Part shown: positions 1-12,399 of the stretch, piece after piece
Layout of the letters: each line of letters opens with the position of its first letter
Numbering within the stretch: position 1 is the first letter of the stretch
Assembly: GCA_037447605.1 (NCBI GenBank)
Contig: CM074804.1
Span: 6,549,909 to 6,613,908 of the forward strand
DNA from: Zygnema circumcarinatum SAG 698-1b
Taxonomy: Eukaryota; Plantae; Zygnematophyceae
Direction: 5' to 3'
DNA length: 64,000 nt
The notes under the pieces: generated by a model
Seen by the model: the letters and a program-made list of their open reading frames with translations, nothing else
The model's database searches: none
Told to the model about the DNA's origin: nothing
Program-made: the position numbers and the translations under genes

Positions 1-200
1 ATCCCCCTGATATGGAAGCTTAGGAAGTACTGTGCGTTGTGGACCATAGCGGCAATTTGCATGTTTCTTCGAGGACTGGGCAAAATTAACATTTGATCCC
101 GCCGGCTTGTGCTATAGTTTTGGATGTCTTGTTGTTTAAGCTTGCTATGTTTTCTAGTCGATCAAATCTCAAGGAAGTGTGCTGGAGCAATATCTGGCAG

Positions 201-2869
201 GGTATCCTTCTGTAAAAGGACAAGTGCTGGACGGGGAACAGCTCTGGACGTTGATTGAGGGCCTGGAAGCAAACGACTTGCTTTTTTACACTCATCTGCT
301 CACAGGTGAGCTGTTTCTACATGCAGGTGGACTATCCGTTCCTGAAGTTAGCAAGGCACTGTTGAATTGTAGCATATGAACAACGATTTATTTTATTTTG
401 ATTTGATTTTTGATTTTTTTCTTGCTGCATTCTTTGGCATTTTCAAATATAGGTTAGATTCCCGCACATAAGTTTGCGTGACATGCATCTAAGGTGCACC
501 GTCGTGATCTCCATTCCTTGGTGCATTGTTCAGGCTATATTGGCTCCCTTTCCTTTCTCAACACAATTTTGAGGGTGCTTGACAAATTGCGTCAAGTAAA
601 TCCCAATCTCGTTTACGGTAAGTGTGCCTTGAACATTCTCCTGTCATCGAAACTGCCGATAGTGAGTCCTTTTGTAGCTCGCCATCTAGGTCACGACAAT
701 GTCAACCCTTTTCGATCTTGGGAAAAATGATGTCAGTTTTTAAGAGTTGGGAGTCTAGTTACAGAAGAGGAGGAGCACTGAGACTAGCATGTCCTTGGTA
801 ACCCCGTGAGTGCTTTAATGTTAGTGCTGTTTATTTCCTAGCTTCCCTGATTTTTTCTGCTGGGTTTATTCCTCTTTTCCCGCTTTTTAGCCAGAGCAGG
901 TGGTGTTAATCAAATGTGAAAAGAGAATACAGGGTGTATCTTGTCAACCCTCGCATACATTGGATACCCTGGGTTGAACCTCTAGAAGTGCAATCCACGA
1001 GCATCCTTGTGACATAAGAGCATGGGGTCTTTAGCGATTTCCATTTCTGGGGGTGGTTGGGATCAGTATGCGACCCTGTGATGGGCGATGAGGGGCGTCT
1101 CTATATCAAGCCGGAGCTAGTGCCTGTGTACCGGGAAAAGGTGAAGGAGGATCCGCGACATCTGACACGTTTCATAAACGATTAATTGACTCGCTTCATA
1201 AACGATTAATGCTTCTGAACGAGTGAAAGCTACTTTCCTCACTGAATAGCAAACATTTAGCATGGTTCAACGGCATGCATGATTTTTGACAAATTTCTAT
1301 CATGTTTACCGCTCCATTTTCTCTTGTTTCGTTCAATAGATGTGGAATGAAGAGAGCTGCAGGGGGGGTTGAGGGAAAGGGAAGGTCATACCAAGCGCCT
1401 CTCTCATCACACCCAATTCGTTCGAAGTGGAGCAGCTGACAGGCGTCAGGTTGAAACGATACCTCTGCGCCCTTCTGCCACACATTTGACTGACCTTGCA
1501 CAAAGTTGGTGATCGTTTGGATTTTCAATTCCTTGACTGGAAGTGGTGGAGCACAGGAAGAACAATGTGGTGAAGACTCTTGACATCTGCCTCTGGTGGC
1601 CTCCAGACTTGTCACGGAAGCTGACGCACTTCGAGCTTTTGATATTCTTCATGCAGCAGGACCCCCAAAAGTGAGCAAGCACGGTTATGCTGTCCTTACC
1701 TCTCCCTTGGGAGATTACATCCAATTTGATCTGAATTCTTTTATATGCTTTATTCTCTGCATTTCAGAGAGTAACAGTGCATTTGTTCTGTGGCAGGTGG
1801 TAATAACAAGCATGGAACTGGATGGCGAGTTGGCTATTCTTGGCAGTGAGCGCATCAATAAAGTGGGTCCTTTTCCCATTCTTCCCGGCACTGGTGTAGC
1901 TTGAGAGCTTGCCAGCTTTTTAACTTTTCTCATTTATACTTTTTTTTTTTGGCTGCAGGTTGATGATAATCTTCAGCAGTTCATCATCAAAGTTCCGAAA
2001 CTGCCGAGTTATTTTACAGTAAAGCCATCATCACCAAGCAGTCAGCTATATGTTGTCTTTCTTTATCTATTTTTGCACTTCTAGAATGTGTGACTTGTTT
2101 TTCACACTTTTACTTTCCAAAATGTTGATCATGTCTCAGTTATGGTGTTTCCTGGGCTTACTGTTACTGGGTTTTCTTTGACTTCAGGGAACAGGTGATC
2201 TCATGACAGCACTTCTCCTTGGATGGACACATGTGAGTACACGACGTAGGAGAAATTGATGCCTTGCTTTTTATTCCTTCACTACATTGCTGTAACCAGC
2301 TCAGAACTGGAAAGGATGTGATCCGTCTATCAAAGTGAATCATTTCTAGAACAGTCCTGACAATTCTGTGAGTAGGTGAGCTGCCTGGAGCACAGGAAGA
2401 GGATGTGTCTGTTCAGGAGTTCTTATCTGAACATACGAACCGGGAATTGGGCTGCATGCAGAGATATCCTGATGACCTCAAAAGAGCAACTGAACTAGCG
2501 GTCGCTTCATTGCAGGTGAGGTTGAAGTGATGCGGGGAGGGTCAGACGGCAGGATGGGAAAGAGAAAACGAGTTGGAGTCAAAAGGGAGGGGGAGTGGAA
2601 AGTGGTCCATTGTGAATGTGTTCATTGTGAATGGCTGTTGAGGTTGTTGTTTATTGAACGACAAAGCTTTTGCGAGTTGATTAATTTCCATCCGGTCTGC
2701 GCTGACCATGCTTGTGCAGGCGGTTCTTAAGCGAACACTGGGAGACTGGGCAAGGTCAGGGGCAGTCCCGAGCATCAAGCAAGTGGAGCTCAGATTGGTG
2801 CAAAGTCGAGATGATATTGTTTCACCTGCTGTAACCATCCATGCGCAGCCATTGAGTGGGAAGACGTGA
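201..2869 (+). CDS. SOS4: Pyridoxal kinase (PdxK/SOS4 family), spliced; 5' exons lie upstream of the window
   Basis: Approximate exons 201-304, 534-618, 1067-1140, 1385-1449, 1608-1671, 1797-1862, 1959-2018, 2188-2232, 2462-2515, 2720-2869, with GT-AG ends. They join to GYPSVKGQVL..THLLTGYIGS..VCDPVMGDEG..LITPNSFEVEQLTG..YFTGTGDL..ELRLVQSRDDI, the PfkB/pyridoxal-kinase motifs. Stop TGA at 2867-2869. Confidence 0.93.
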
Positions 2870-4362
2870 CGTGAGTGCGTGCAAGCCAATGTTTATCATC
2901 AAGTGGCAATTTCATTTTAATTCTCGCAGTAATATTTGGCAGCTGCTTAGAAAGTCCCATGCTCCAGAATGCTTTGTAGATAAGGGAGGAAAAGAAGGGC
3001 GGTTGATTATGTGCTTCTGAACCATAGTGCGGTGTATATATCTCTGGAAAATTCTTCGATTGGGATCTCGTTCTTCCATATCTACAATGCAGTCTGGTGA
3101 ATGTGTCCCTTGGAGAGGTCTCCTCTGATGTGCTCACAATGCATGGTCTTGAATCTTGCGCGAAGCCCTCTCCCAGCTTATCATAACCAGGACATCTACC
3201 GGATTCCTGCAGTCTGATAGATCTGAACATATGTACTTCTCTTCATGCTTTTCATGTGTCATGTTGTTGGATGTTCATAAAATGTAGGAGAACACATCCC
3301 AAAACCTGTAGGCATCAATCCATTGTGAAGATATTTCCTGTCGACTTAAGCGACTAAGCACACATATTACAGTAAACACCTTAGGTCTGTGAACACTTTT
3401 CGGTACTTTGGGTTGAGTCTAGAATTCCGAACCTCTCGAATGTGTGGTAAAAGAACATATCAAGAAACATTTGAACTGTCGATTGCAGAATGATGTCGAC
3501 ATCGTTATTTTATTCTTGACACAAATAGAAATAATGCTTCCAGCCGTAATGAGCCCTCGACAAGTGTGAGGGGCTTTTAGATTGTTGAAGTCCCTTCCTT
3601 GAACACCAACCACATCATGACCTCCAACATCTTGTACCTTATTCCCTCTACCCTATCGACTACAGTGCCTGTGCGAGGCTATGACAAATCAGAGTGCAGA
3701 TTGGGCTGAAGTAAACGCATGGCTTATATCAGACAGGGACTGCTCAACACGTCTTTCTCAGCAAGGGAACTTCGATTGGCCATGGTTCCATTGCGATGAC
3801 AGAGCTCACAGATTGTCCGCAAATGCTAGTGCTACGTCTATATAGTATGTAGAGAACAGAAAATCATAATTTGGAATGCTACTTCATATCTTCTTTGGAA
3901 TGGTTGGCAATCTGTACTGGACGGGAACACAACTGGATGACGTTTCTTGTTTCAAGTTTCAACTATAAGCTTTACACAATCAGACACACGATTGCCTCGC
4001 GCAGAGGAGGAAGAGGCGCAGCGGCGTAGGGAGCAAACTAGCATCCACTTCAGCGATGACAGGGAGATGAGCCATACCGCAGCCTATCTTCTATTACCAG
4101 GTTGCTACCCCTTCTAGGAATAGCTCAAGGTCGAAGCAAGCTCAGTGTAGGCCAGTGGCGAATTGCAGAGTAGCTTAGACCCGCGCAGCAGGGTTTGGAC
4201 TTCAGCTCACATTTGCGCACTGTATGTGCTTTGACGCAAAACCCGGGATTGAATGACATCCTTCGGATGCAGATGGTATTTTGGAGGTGAGGTGATATGC
4301 CTATGAAGTACTTGTTTTTTGAGTATCTCGGCACTGCAACGTTCTCCTAAAAACAGTACCCA

Positions 4363-7300
4363 ATGGCCACTTCGCACTTGATTTCTGCACCGAGACGGTC
4401 ACAGCGGCTCGCCTTGCGATTGGCCTCTGGTAAGTTCACTTGCAAGTCCTCGGAGAACCCAAATATATTGGAATTTTTTCCTATGTATATTAAGAAAGTG
4501 AGCCGAGAACAACTTGAAAAGGATAGGTTATGCACTTATAAATGTATGGGCATGACTTTGGCGTGAAGCTACAAATTTGACTAGCCAAATGTAGTTTTTT
4601 AAGAGTTGCCGAGCAATGTAGAAGTTTTGTCTTGCTTTGCGAGTTTTTCACTACATGGCACCAAGCAGCTCAGCTTTTGGCATCGTGACACATGCTGCTC
4701 TCATGATACGTTCGACTACTTTTTGCTGAGACTTATTAGCGATGGGCCAGGTTCTTTCAGTTGAACCACATTGTACAAATCGTAGATATTAGGCTTCTTC
4801 GAGCCTTTAAATAAGCCAATCCACTTGGTTGGAGAGAGGGGTGCAGCAACGTCCATCAGCAAACCAGACATAAAATTTGGAACATTTGGAAGGGATATTG
4901 CTGCACTTGCAGTCAGGAAAGCTTACAATGGAGCATCCTCCGGTAGTATGCACTGTGCGGTCAGCAAGTCTCAACAGGATTGTTTGGTTGCAACGGAATT
5001 GGGACGGACACGCAAACGAAGGATTGCAAGTACTGGGGCCGATGAAAACTTGAGAAATCTTGTTCAAGCTAGAACGGATGAAACAATACAAGCTGATCGG
5101 AGAAGTGAAAGAGTGGCATCTAAAGAACTTCCTGCAGCCATGGAAGGCAGTTCGCTCAATACCAGTGCGATCATCACTGAAAAGGTGGTCTTGAGGAAAA
5201 CAAGAGCAAAAAGTACAAAGCATGCCCCGACTCGAGAATTCGAGGTGAGCAGCTCCATTTACGCCCGGATTAATCCGAAAAGTGTTTGACTTTTTTGAGG
5301 GGAAATGTAGTATTCGTGAGGCATATATAAGTAATTCCAGCTTTGCGGAACCGTAAGACGAGGAGCTCAAAACAAGCGAGTTGACTACACAGAATTCATG
5401 ACGTCTGGTAATACCTAGTAAGGGAACTTACTGCCTTGTTCTGCGACATAAATAGAGGTTGCCATCTCAAAATGGTCGCAAGTGTCTATTCATTAAAATT
5501 TGCGAGTATTTCCCTGTTTGTTCTTTTGTATTGGTACCTGAATATTAGGGTCCTTCATGTCCTGTCTCAGCAATCGGAACCCAAATACAGCCATGCCTCA
5601 TTCGATGGGTTGAATATCAGGAGTTGTTCACTTGCAGGCCAGGCTTTGGCAGCAAGGCTTTCGACGTGTGGTAGGTGTGGATGAGGCAGGACGAGGGCCC
5701 CTTGCTGGACCCGTTGTGGCTGCCGCCTGCATCATACCAGATGACGTCGTCATAGAGGGTATGGCAATTGTCACGATTGATTTCATACCCCATTCGGTGA
5801 CTCTCGTCAGTGTATGCAAGAAGGGCAACGAAGTCACAATCAAAGCGCCTGTTGACGTACTTACTGGAGAGAGATTATCAGGAGAAAAGGAGAAAAATCA
5901 CAAGATTATATGGTTTTGTAAGGCGTTTTTTGATCTGCAATCCTTATTGCGATGCGGTTGATTCTCATTTTGATCACAAATGCTCACCCATGCGTTTCTT
6001 TGCCGTTATAAAACTTGTGAAATTATTCTATCACATTCATAGCCCAGAATGAAGGGAGCTCAGTTAAACATAGTTGCTCAGTTGTAGCTCAGCTCACATG
6101 CTCTGCACCAGTTGTTTACTTGAAAACAATTTTCAAGTCTGGCAGGCATTTTTGACAGCAAAATGCTTCGGGAGGAGGAGCGAGAGCGGCTCTTCGAGAT
6201 AATTATATCGACTCCAGGTGTTTCCTATGCGGTGGGGTGGCGTGTCTATTCTTGTGTTTCAATTAAGAGTAGCAATGTTGGTGATATGGAGCTTTAGAAC
6301 TAGAGAATCTAGCATTTTCTTTTCGATTCCTTTTAAAGTGGAGGAGTAGGACTGTTCCCAGCAATGATCATGAACCTTTCTGGTGGATCTGGGCCAGGTT
6401 CATGTTGTGGAGGCTGGCATCATTGACCAGATCAACATACTCCAGGTTGGTTGTTCTCTGTCTCGCTCTCAACATGTGGAATACTTTTACAAGCCTCCGC
6501 TTTTACGTCCATTCATTTTGCGATGGTGGACTCTGAGCAATCGTACGTACTACATATGCTTTGTGACAGGCTACGATGCAGGCCATGAGTGGAAGCATCA
6601 AGCAGCTGTGTTCAATGGGATCGGAGAAGCACCCTGACTATGTTTTGGTAGATGGAAACCGATTGCCCTCCGATTTGCCTCCCATAAAGGCAGAGTTCAT
6701 CATCAAGGTAACTTCATTGTTGCTAGCTGCTCAACATTCAAGGAGGGTAGCTTTTGTACTGCGGACGATAATGACTACTTCCAAGACCTTGCCAAAGGAA
6801 AATTGGATGCCCTCTGAACATGTTGATTTGGCCCAGCTGCCAATCAATCGAGCAGATCTGTGATTCAGGCTTCTGTTCTGTTTGATCTTGTGCAGGGTGA
6901 TATGGAATGCCACGTCATTGCAGCCGCATCGATTCTCGCAAAGGTCACTCGCGATCGGCTCATGATCAAATACGATGAGTAAGGCTGCCTGCCTGCCCTT
7001 TTGAAACGAGTCTTGCATCTGAGAGCTTATTGACTTTACCAGGATTGGCCACCAGAAATGCCAATGTTTTTTTCTGCCTTCCTTTAATGACTGCACCATT
7101 GAGAGGAATCTGTTTCTGTTTTTAGCTTTTCACATACATTTGTCAATGAAGCTTCGGCGAGGGCATTCGAATATTTGACAGGAAGAACGGTTCGACCACT
7201 GTGGAGTAGATCTACTCGTATATTTTCATGAGTTTTGTGTCAATGTCAATGGTTCTGAATCAGCTTATTTATGAGAACGACGTTGAGCCATCCAGATGAA

Positions 7301-7498
7301 AGTTGCTGAACCTTTCACATGTTGATGCAGTGTTTACCTGTGGCTTTGTCCTTCAGGAAGTGGCCTCAGTATGGTTTCAAAGCTCACAAAGGCTACGGAA
7401 CTGCAGCACACATTGCGGCGCTGCTCAAGTGTGGTCCTTGCGATATCCACCGCCGATCATTTGCACCAATTAAAGATTGGCACCAGTTTGGCCCTTGA
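4363..7498 (+). CDS. rnhB: Ribonuclease HII, bacterial (RnhB) type, spliced, with a long N-terminal extension
   Basis: Spliced motifs [19 protein letters not shown] (about 5670-5730), GIFDSKML (about 6146), [65 protein letters not shown]. Stop at 7496-7498. The start at 4363 and exon 2 (about 4847-5244) are inferred from splice phase and are less certain. Confidence 0.88.
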
Positions 7499-7863
7499 TG
7501 TCATGCGGCAAAACGCCCTCTGGCCATAATGTATTCCATTCTTCTTCATCCTTCGGTTTTCCTGGAGGATCCCTCACTTAAAATCCGGACCCATCATCCT
7601 ACGGCAGAAGTGGTGTTCTAAATTTCTTTCACATGACTGGCCTCTTTCTCTAAGACCCTCATTCCATGTAGTCGACCTGGATACCTGGATTGAAAGGTCC
7701 AGTTTGACACCCCAAGCCCTTAGCCCTCCACCTCCAACCATCGCAGCGGTTTCGAGCAGCAGGAGGAGGACCAGCCCCTTCCAACTGTTGCCTTCCCTTC
7801 TTCAGGAGAAGCGCCATCGGCTTTGGGCCCCTCCCTTTCTCGGAGAGTTTTCAGTCGCTCAAT

Positions 7864-8250
7864 TAGGGGGTCTCAGACTTAAAAAACGATTACCAATTAC
7901 CAAGCTGTACGATTACCAAGTTTTCGGGTCAACTTCACCAGTTTCGCGCCCCCCGAACGTAACCGTGATCGTGACGCGACGTGACTTTATCACCACTCCG
8001 CATTTGCCGGTATGACCAATTTCCAAAGGCGCGATGACCAACTTCGCCCGCGCGGGGGGGTCTCAAACTTNNNNNNNNNNGTCCTGGGGCGCCCATGACC
8101 AATTTCGGACTTGTACGATTACCAGCGTTGACTTGCATTTGGTTCGGCACAGGTTCGGCAAAGTAATCATTATTATCAATTTCTCTATCCCCGATTACCA
8201 ATTACCAAGCTGTACGATTACCAAGTTTTGTTTAAGTCTGAGACCCCCTA
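7864..8250. mobile_element. Non-autonomous TIR element (MITE-like) spanning an assembly gap
   Basis: Perfect 20-bp inverted repeat TAGGGGGTCTCAGACTTAAA (7864-7883 and 8231-8250). A 38-bp subterminal direct repeat CGATTACCAATTACCAAGCTGTACGATTACCAAGTTTT sits near both ends. A third TIR-like copy at 8056-8070 abuts the N run. Confidence 0.75.
8071..8080. other. Assembly gap (10 N)
   Basis: Run of n characters. Confidence 0.99.
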
Positions 8251-9100
8251 TTCGGCCGAGCCAAAACTGAACTTGGGATTGCTCTTGCCGGACGCATTTC
8301 ATTGGTCCACGCTCGTTGGCCTTTGATGCTGCGGCTCTTTGCGTCCGCAGTTCCGTCCGCGCCTCCGTTAGGCGCAACACAACGCCGAGGCCCGCGTCCC
8401 ATGTGGCCCTCCCCTCCCTCTCCGTACACTGCCGCCCAGGCCACATGGCACCTGGTGTACCGTACGGCCCCGCCCGCGAGTCCCGCCGGGCAGCGGAAGG
8501 TTTCCAGCCTGCCCGGCGCACACCCCACCGCCCCCGCCCGGCGGCACGGTGCCGTACGGACGGCCCTGGGCAGGGTGCGGGGGAGGCGCAACCGCCCGCC
8601 TGCCCGCCGTACAGCGGCAGTGCGATAACTGCCCGGGGTCGCCCGCCCCCGCCCGGACTCGACCTCGACTCGCGGACGGACCGATGGATGGATGGACGGA
8701 TCGATCGCCCGGGAAGCCTCACATCGAACGGCCCGAGAAGCTCGATCGCTCTCCGCACGCGCAAAGAAGGTGCTCGATTGGCTGCCCGCGCGCCAGATTT
8801 GTCGCGTGGCCGCCTCCCTTTGCGCCCTGTAGCCGTACGGAGGGGGAGGGAGAAAGGGAGGGAGGGAGGGTGGAGGGGGGAAAGGGAGGTGGAGCTGGTC
8901 AGGGAGAGGAGGGCGGTGCGGCCGCACGTGCGGCACCTCCCTAGGTACGCAGGTCTCTTCTGGCGCCATTTCTTGCCTGGCTTTCATGGTGGATGTGCAG
9001 GATGCGCGTGACCGGCGGGCGGGTGTGGCGGGGGGAGGGGATGGGTGGAGTGGGAGTGGAGGGTGGGGTGGGAGAGGAGGGAGAGAGCTGGAGGGTGCTG
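8251..9100 (+). promoter_or_regulatory. GC/CpG-rich promoter and 5' leader island of the STOP1-like gene
   Basis: Abrupt high-GC segment directly upstream of ATG 9216. Contains ATTGGTCCACG (8301-8311), five CCGTAC motifs, GGAC/GGAT repeats and GA-rich tracts. Confidence 0.6.
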
Positions 9101-9215
9101 ACTGCTGACTGATGGACGAGGGCTTCTCGGGGAACCTGTGTTGAAGCAGTTCGCGGAAAGAACTGGAAGTGAAGACAGCAGCAACTAGTGGCGAAAAATT
9201 AGGGCAAGAGCAGAT

Positions 9216-12200
9216 ATGGACCCAACGACGGGGCTGTCGCTGAATATGATGCACAATAGTCACCGGGGTGGGTTTGTGACTTCTCAGCAGCAAGATAGTA
9301 AGGGCGCGGTCGTCTCTGTGACGTCTCCGCAGGCGACGCTGTCGATTCTTGGGCATACGCTTATTCCATTCAACGGCGTGTCTCCCCATAATGCAAGCTC
9401 GTCAGCGCTCACTGCCTTCCCTCTGTCCGGCAATGGCGGTCCTGCCAACATCGCAGGGTTTCCTGCTGGCCAGTTGCAGCAAGGAAGCGGGGCCAGCATG
9501 CAAATGACCCATGCAGGGAGTGGGGGGATGAGCTCATCCGCTCCAGGAGGGCAGCAGCAGCAGCAGCAGCAACAACAACATAAACAACAACAAGGGGCTG
9601 CAGCACCTTCTTCGCCTCAGGCCTTGATGAATGCCTTGAATCTGTTGCAACAGGTAGGCACCCCTGCACGTTAACCATAAGCAGAGGCCGTGCATTTTCT
9701 TTCCTGTTTATGAAGAGATTTGCGAGCCGCTGCGTGGATATCATGCATGTCGATAGTGTTGTATGGCACTGATGACATGCTTGGTGCATCATGTGCAGCG
9801 CGGGGGCGCTTGATCACTTCTTGTTTATCTTCTGTCAGGCAGCCTGCGTCCACCAGTGCTGTAACCAGGCTTAAGTTGTTATTTGTGTGATACGATTGCA
9901 ATATCGTATTCTTAACGCGGATTGTAACTGACCGCATCTAGCCATGTGGTGTGTTCTCAGAACATTGGAGCTCTCCAGGCGCTTGTTCCGCTCATTGCTC
10001 AGAGCTCCCAGCAGGGAGCTACAGGCGTCCAAGATCAGCAGCTGCAGCTGCAGCAACAGCAGGCTGCCGCCTCTGCAGGCGTAGCATCTGTTATATCCCA
10101 ACTTGCTGCCGCGGCTGCCGGAATTTTGCCTCAGGTTGGAGCCCAAGATTCGTTATCGTTGTTTTCACAGCAGCAACAGAGTCAACTGCAACAAAACAAG
10201 CAGCAATCACAGAATGTCGAACAACAGCAACACCAGCAGCTACAGCAACAACCGCAACCGCAACCGCAACAGCAGCTCAAAAGTATCAGCCACATTTTTG
10301 TCTCACAACACGCTCAAAGCCCGTCAGTACATAATCTACAGCAGTCTTTTGGCGATTTACCACTCAGCCAGTTTGTTGGAAGCGCTGCGAGCAGTGGCGC
10401 AAATCCGTTCCCTCCAGGAGCTCAGAGTGTTCTCCCTATGCACCAGAACAACATGGGCACTAGTGTAGAGGAGGCCAGTGGGCGTGAAGTAGACGATGGA
10501 TACATTGAAACTTTACCAGGTGAGGAGTATGCGCGGGCATTCTTTTGGTAAATTTCTGGTTGCGGCAAAAAGGATTTGACTGCAGGCCACTCCTTTTGGA
10601 AGCTACCTACTATGCACTATGTTGGGATGGACTCTCGTCATACCATGAACTTTGGATGAGCGAAACCTCACGTATTCGATGCGCGTATTGTCTGTTTCTT
10701 GCAGAGGGTGCATACGACATTGTGGAGATAGATCCTGTTGAGATTTTGGCTGAGCACACTCACTTTTGTGAAATTTGTGGGAAAGGTGAGGCGCATGTCT
10801 TCTTCAATGGGTATTGTTTTTCGCTGAAAGATCTGTAAGGCCTGAAGTCCTGCCAGATGTCTGTATCGCATTATCATAGTTGCTTCTGTTGTGGCAACCT
10901 GACATGGTTTTTGTGGGCGGCAGGATTTAAGCGTGATGCAAATTTGAGAATGCATATGCGAGGACATGGGGATGAATACAAGAGCCCGTCTGCTTTGTCA
11001 AAGCCGGATAAGCACGTCCAGGAATTTGCCTCTTCGCGCCCAAAACGGTAAGGTCCCAGTCGGTTGTTGCTGTGGCTGAATGGGAACTTTGAATTTGGAT
11101 TGATTGGCTTCATCGCTTCATTACAACTTATTCGATTTAGGCTACCAGAAAGTGCGGTAGAAACCAGTTGCTGAAAAGCGAGTTGCTGGTTGTTCTTCAC
11201 GTTCTTCCTCCACTTTTATGTACTGTCCTTGCCGAGGACGAACTTTATGGTGCTATGCTTGCACCTGGAACTCGTTTGCGTATTATAGCCACCGCGTCTT
11301 CGGAAGTCGAAAACACTTACCGTTTTGACTCAAATCTGTGAATGAGAATACGAGGATTTATTCAATGTTTTCTACCCTGGTGTGCAGATTCAGCTGTCCT
11401 TGGGTTGGCTGCAAGCGCAACAAGAAGCATCGGAAGTTCCAGACTTTGAAGACAATGCTATGTGTGAAGAACCACTATCGACGATCTCATTGCCCAAAGA
11501 TTTTGACCTGTTCGAAGTGCGGGTCAAAAAAGTTCTCTGTTGTTGCGGATTTAAAAACTCATGAAAAGCATTGTGGCAGGGAAACGTGGATGTGCTCTTG
11601 TAGGACCACGTTCAGGTGGGCACTCCTGTTGTCACAAAAATAAGTTTGTCGACCCCGTTTACTTTAGGGAGATGGTGACTTCCTCTGCCTTCGCGGCGCG
11701 GCTCGCACATGTTGAAAGTCCTTGTTCTTCTTCAGTTTGGGTGTATTGCTGGAGATATGATGTCCTGAATGTGATGTGTACCTTGTTATATGGATAACAA
11801 AACGGAAAACGTAAACAGTTCTCCGTGACTTTCTTCATCACCGTCCTAGTTTCAGAAGAATTGTTCTGATTGCTACGCCCATTGTGTCCTGTGTGCAGTC
11901 GCAAGGACAAGCTTTTAGGTCATCTCTCTCTATTTGCCGGACACTCTCCAGCTATGCCTCTCCATCTCATGGAGGAGGGAATCAACAGCAGCTGCAGGAC
12001 TAGTCCGGGCAACAGCACACAGGTAAGTGATAGTGTTTCAAGCTTTTAGCTTTCAGAGCTGTGGAACTTCCAATCTGTCTGCCATGGATAATTTGTTGGT
12101 GAAGTCCAAAGCTAGATCTAGCCTAGCCTAAGGCTTTGTTTCGTAATCTGAAGCAGAGGTGAATTTAGTTACTGACTGGATTATTCTGACTTTTACCTCC

Positions 12201-12399
12201 AACTTCTCTATGACCTCTTTTTCTCATTCTGCAGCTATTTTCTTTGGATGGATCTCCAACTGACCAACAAAGGAGCACCTTTGGCCAGACCACCAATCCA
12301 GGAAGCAGCCACACTGGAAACCTCCTTTCAGGGTCAAGCCTTCTCCACGGGCTATACACCAACTTTATTGACGTCAATCCGGGGGGGAGCTTGCGGTAG
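9216..12399 (+). CDS. STOP1: STOP1-like C2H2 zinc-finger transcription factor with a poly-Q N-terminus, spliced
   Basis: Approximate exons 9216-9653, 9961-10519, 10704-10785, 10924-11047, 11388-11615, 11899-12021, 12235-12399. They encode [107 protein letters not shown], the STOP1/ART1 four-finger signature. Confidence 0.93.

Noticed and set aside
1171-1210. Short direct duplication TTCATAAACGATTAAT in a pyridoxal kinase intron
   Set aside because: A local tandem duplication with no further structure.
7866-7880. Similarity of the GGGGGTCT.. terminus to bacterial Tn3 inverted repeats
   Set aside because: Only a few terminal bases match, and there is no 38-bp IR, 5-bp TSD, transposase or resolvase.
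8195-9200. Long overlapping Arg/Pro/Ala-rich ORFs
   Set aside because: Stop-codon scarcity in a GC-rich promoter island; no domain signal.
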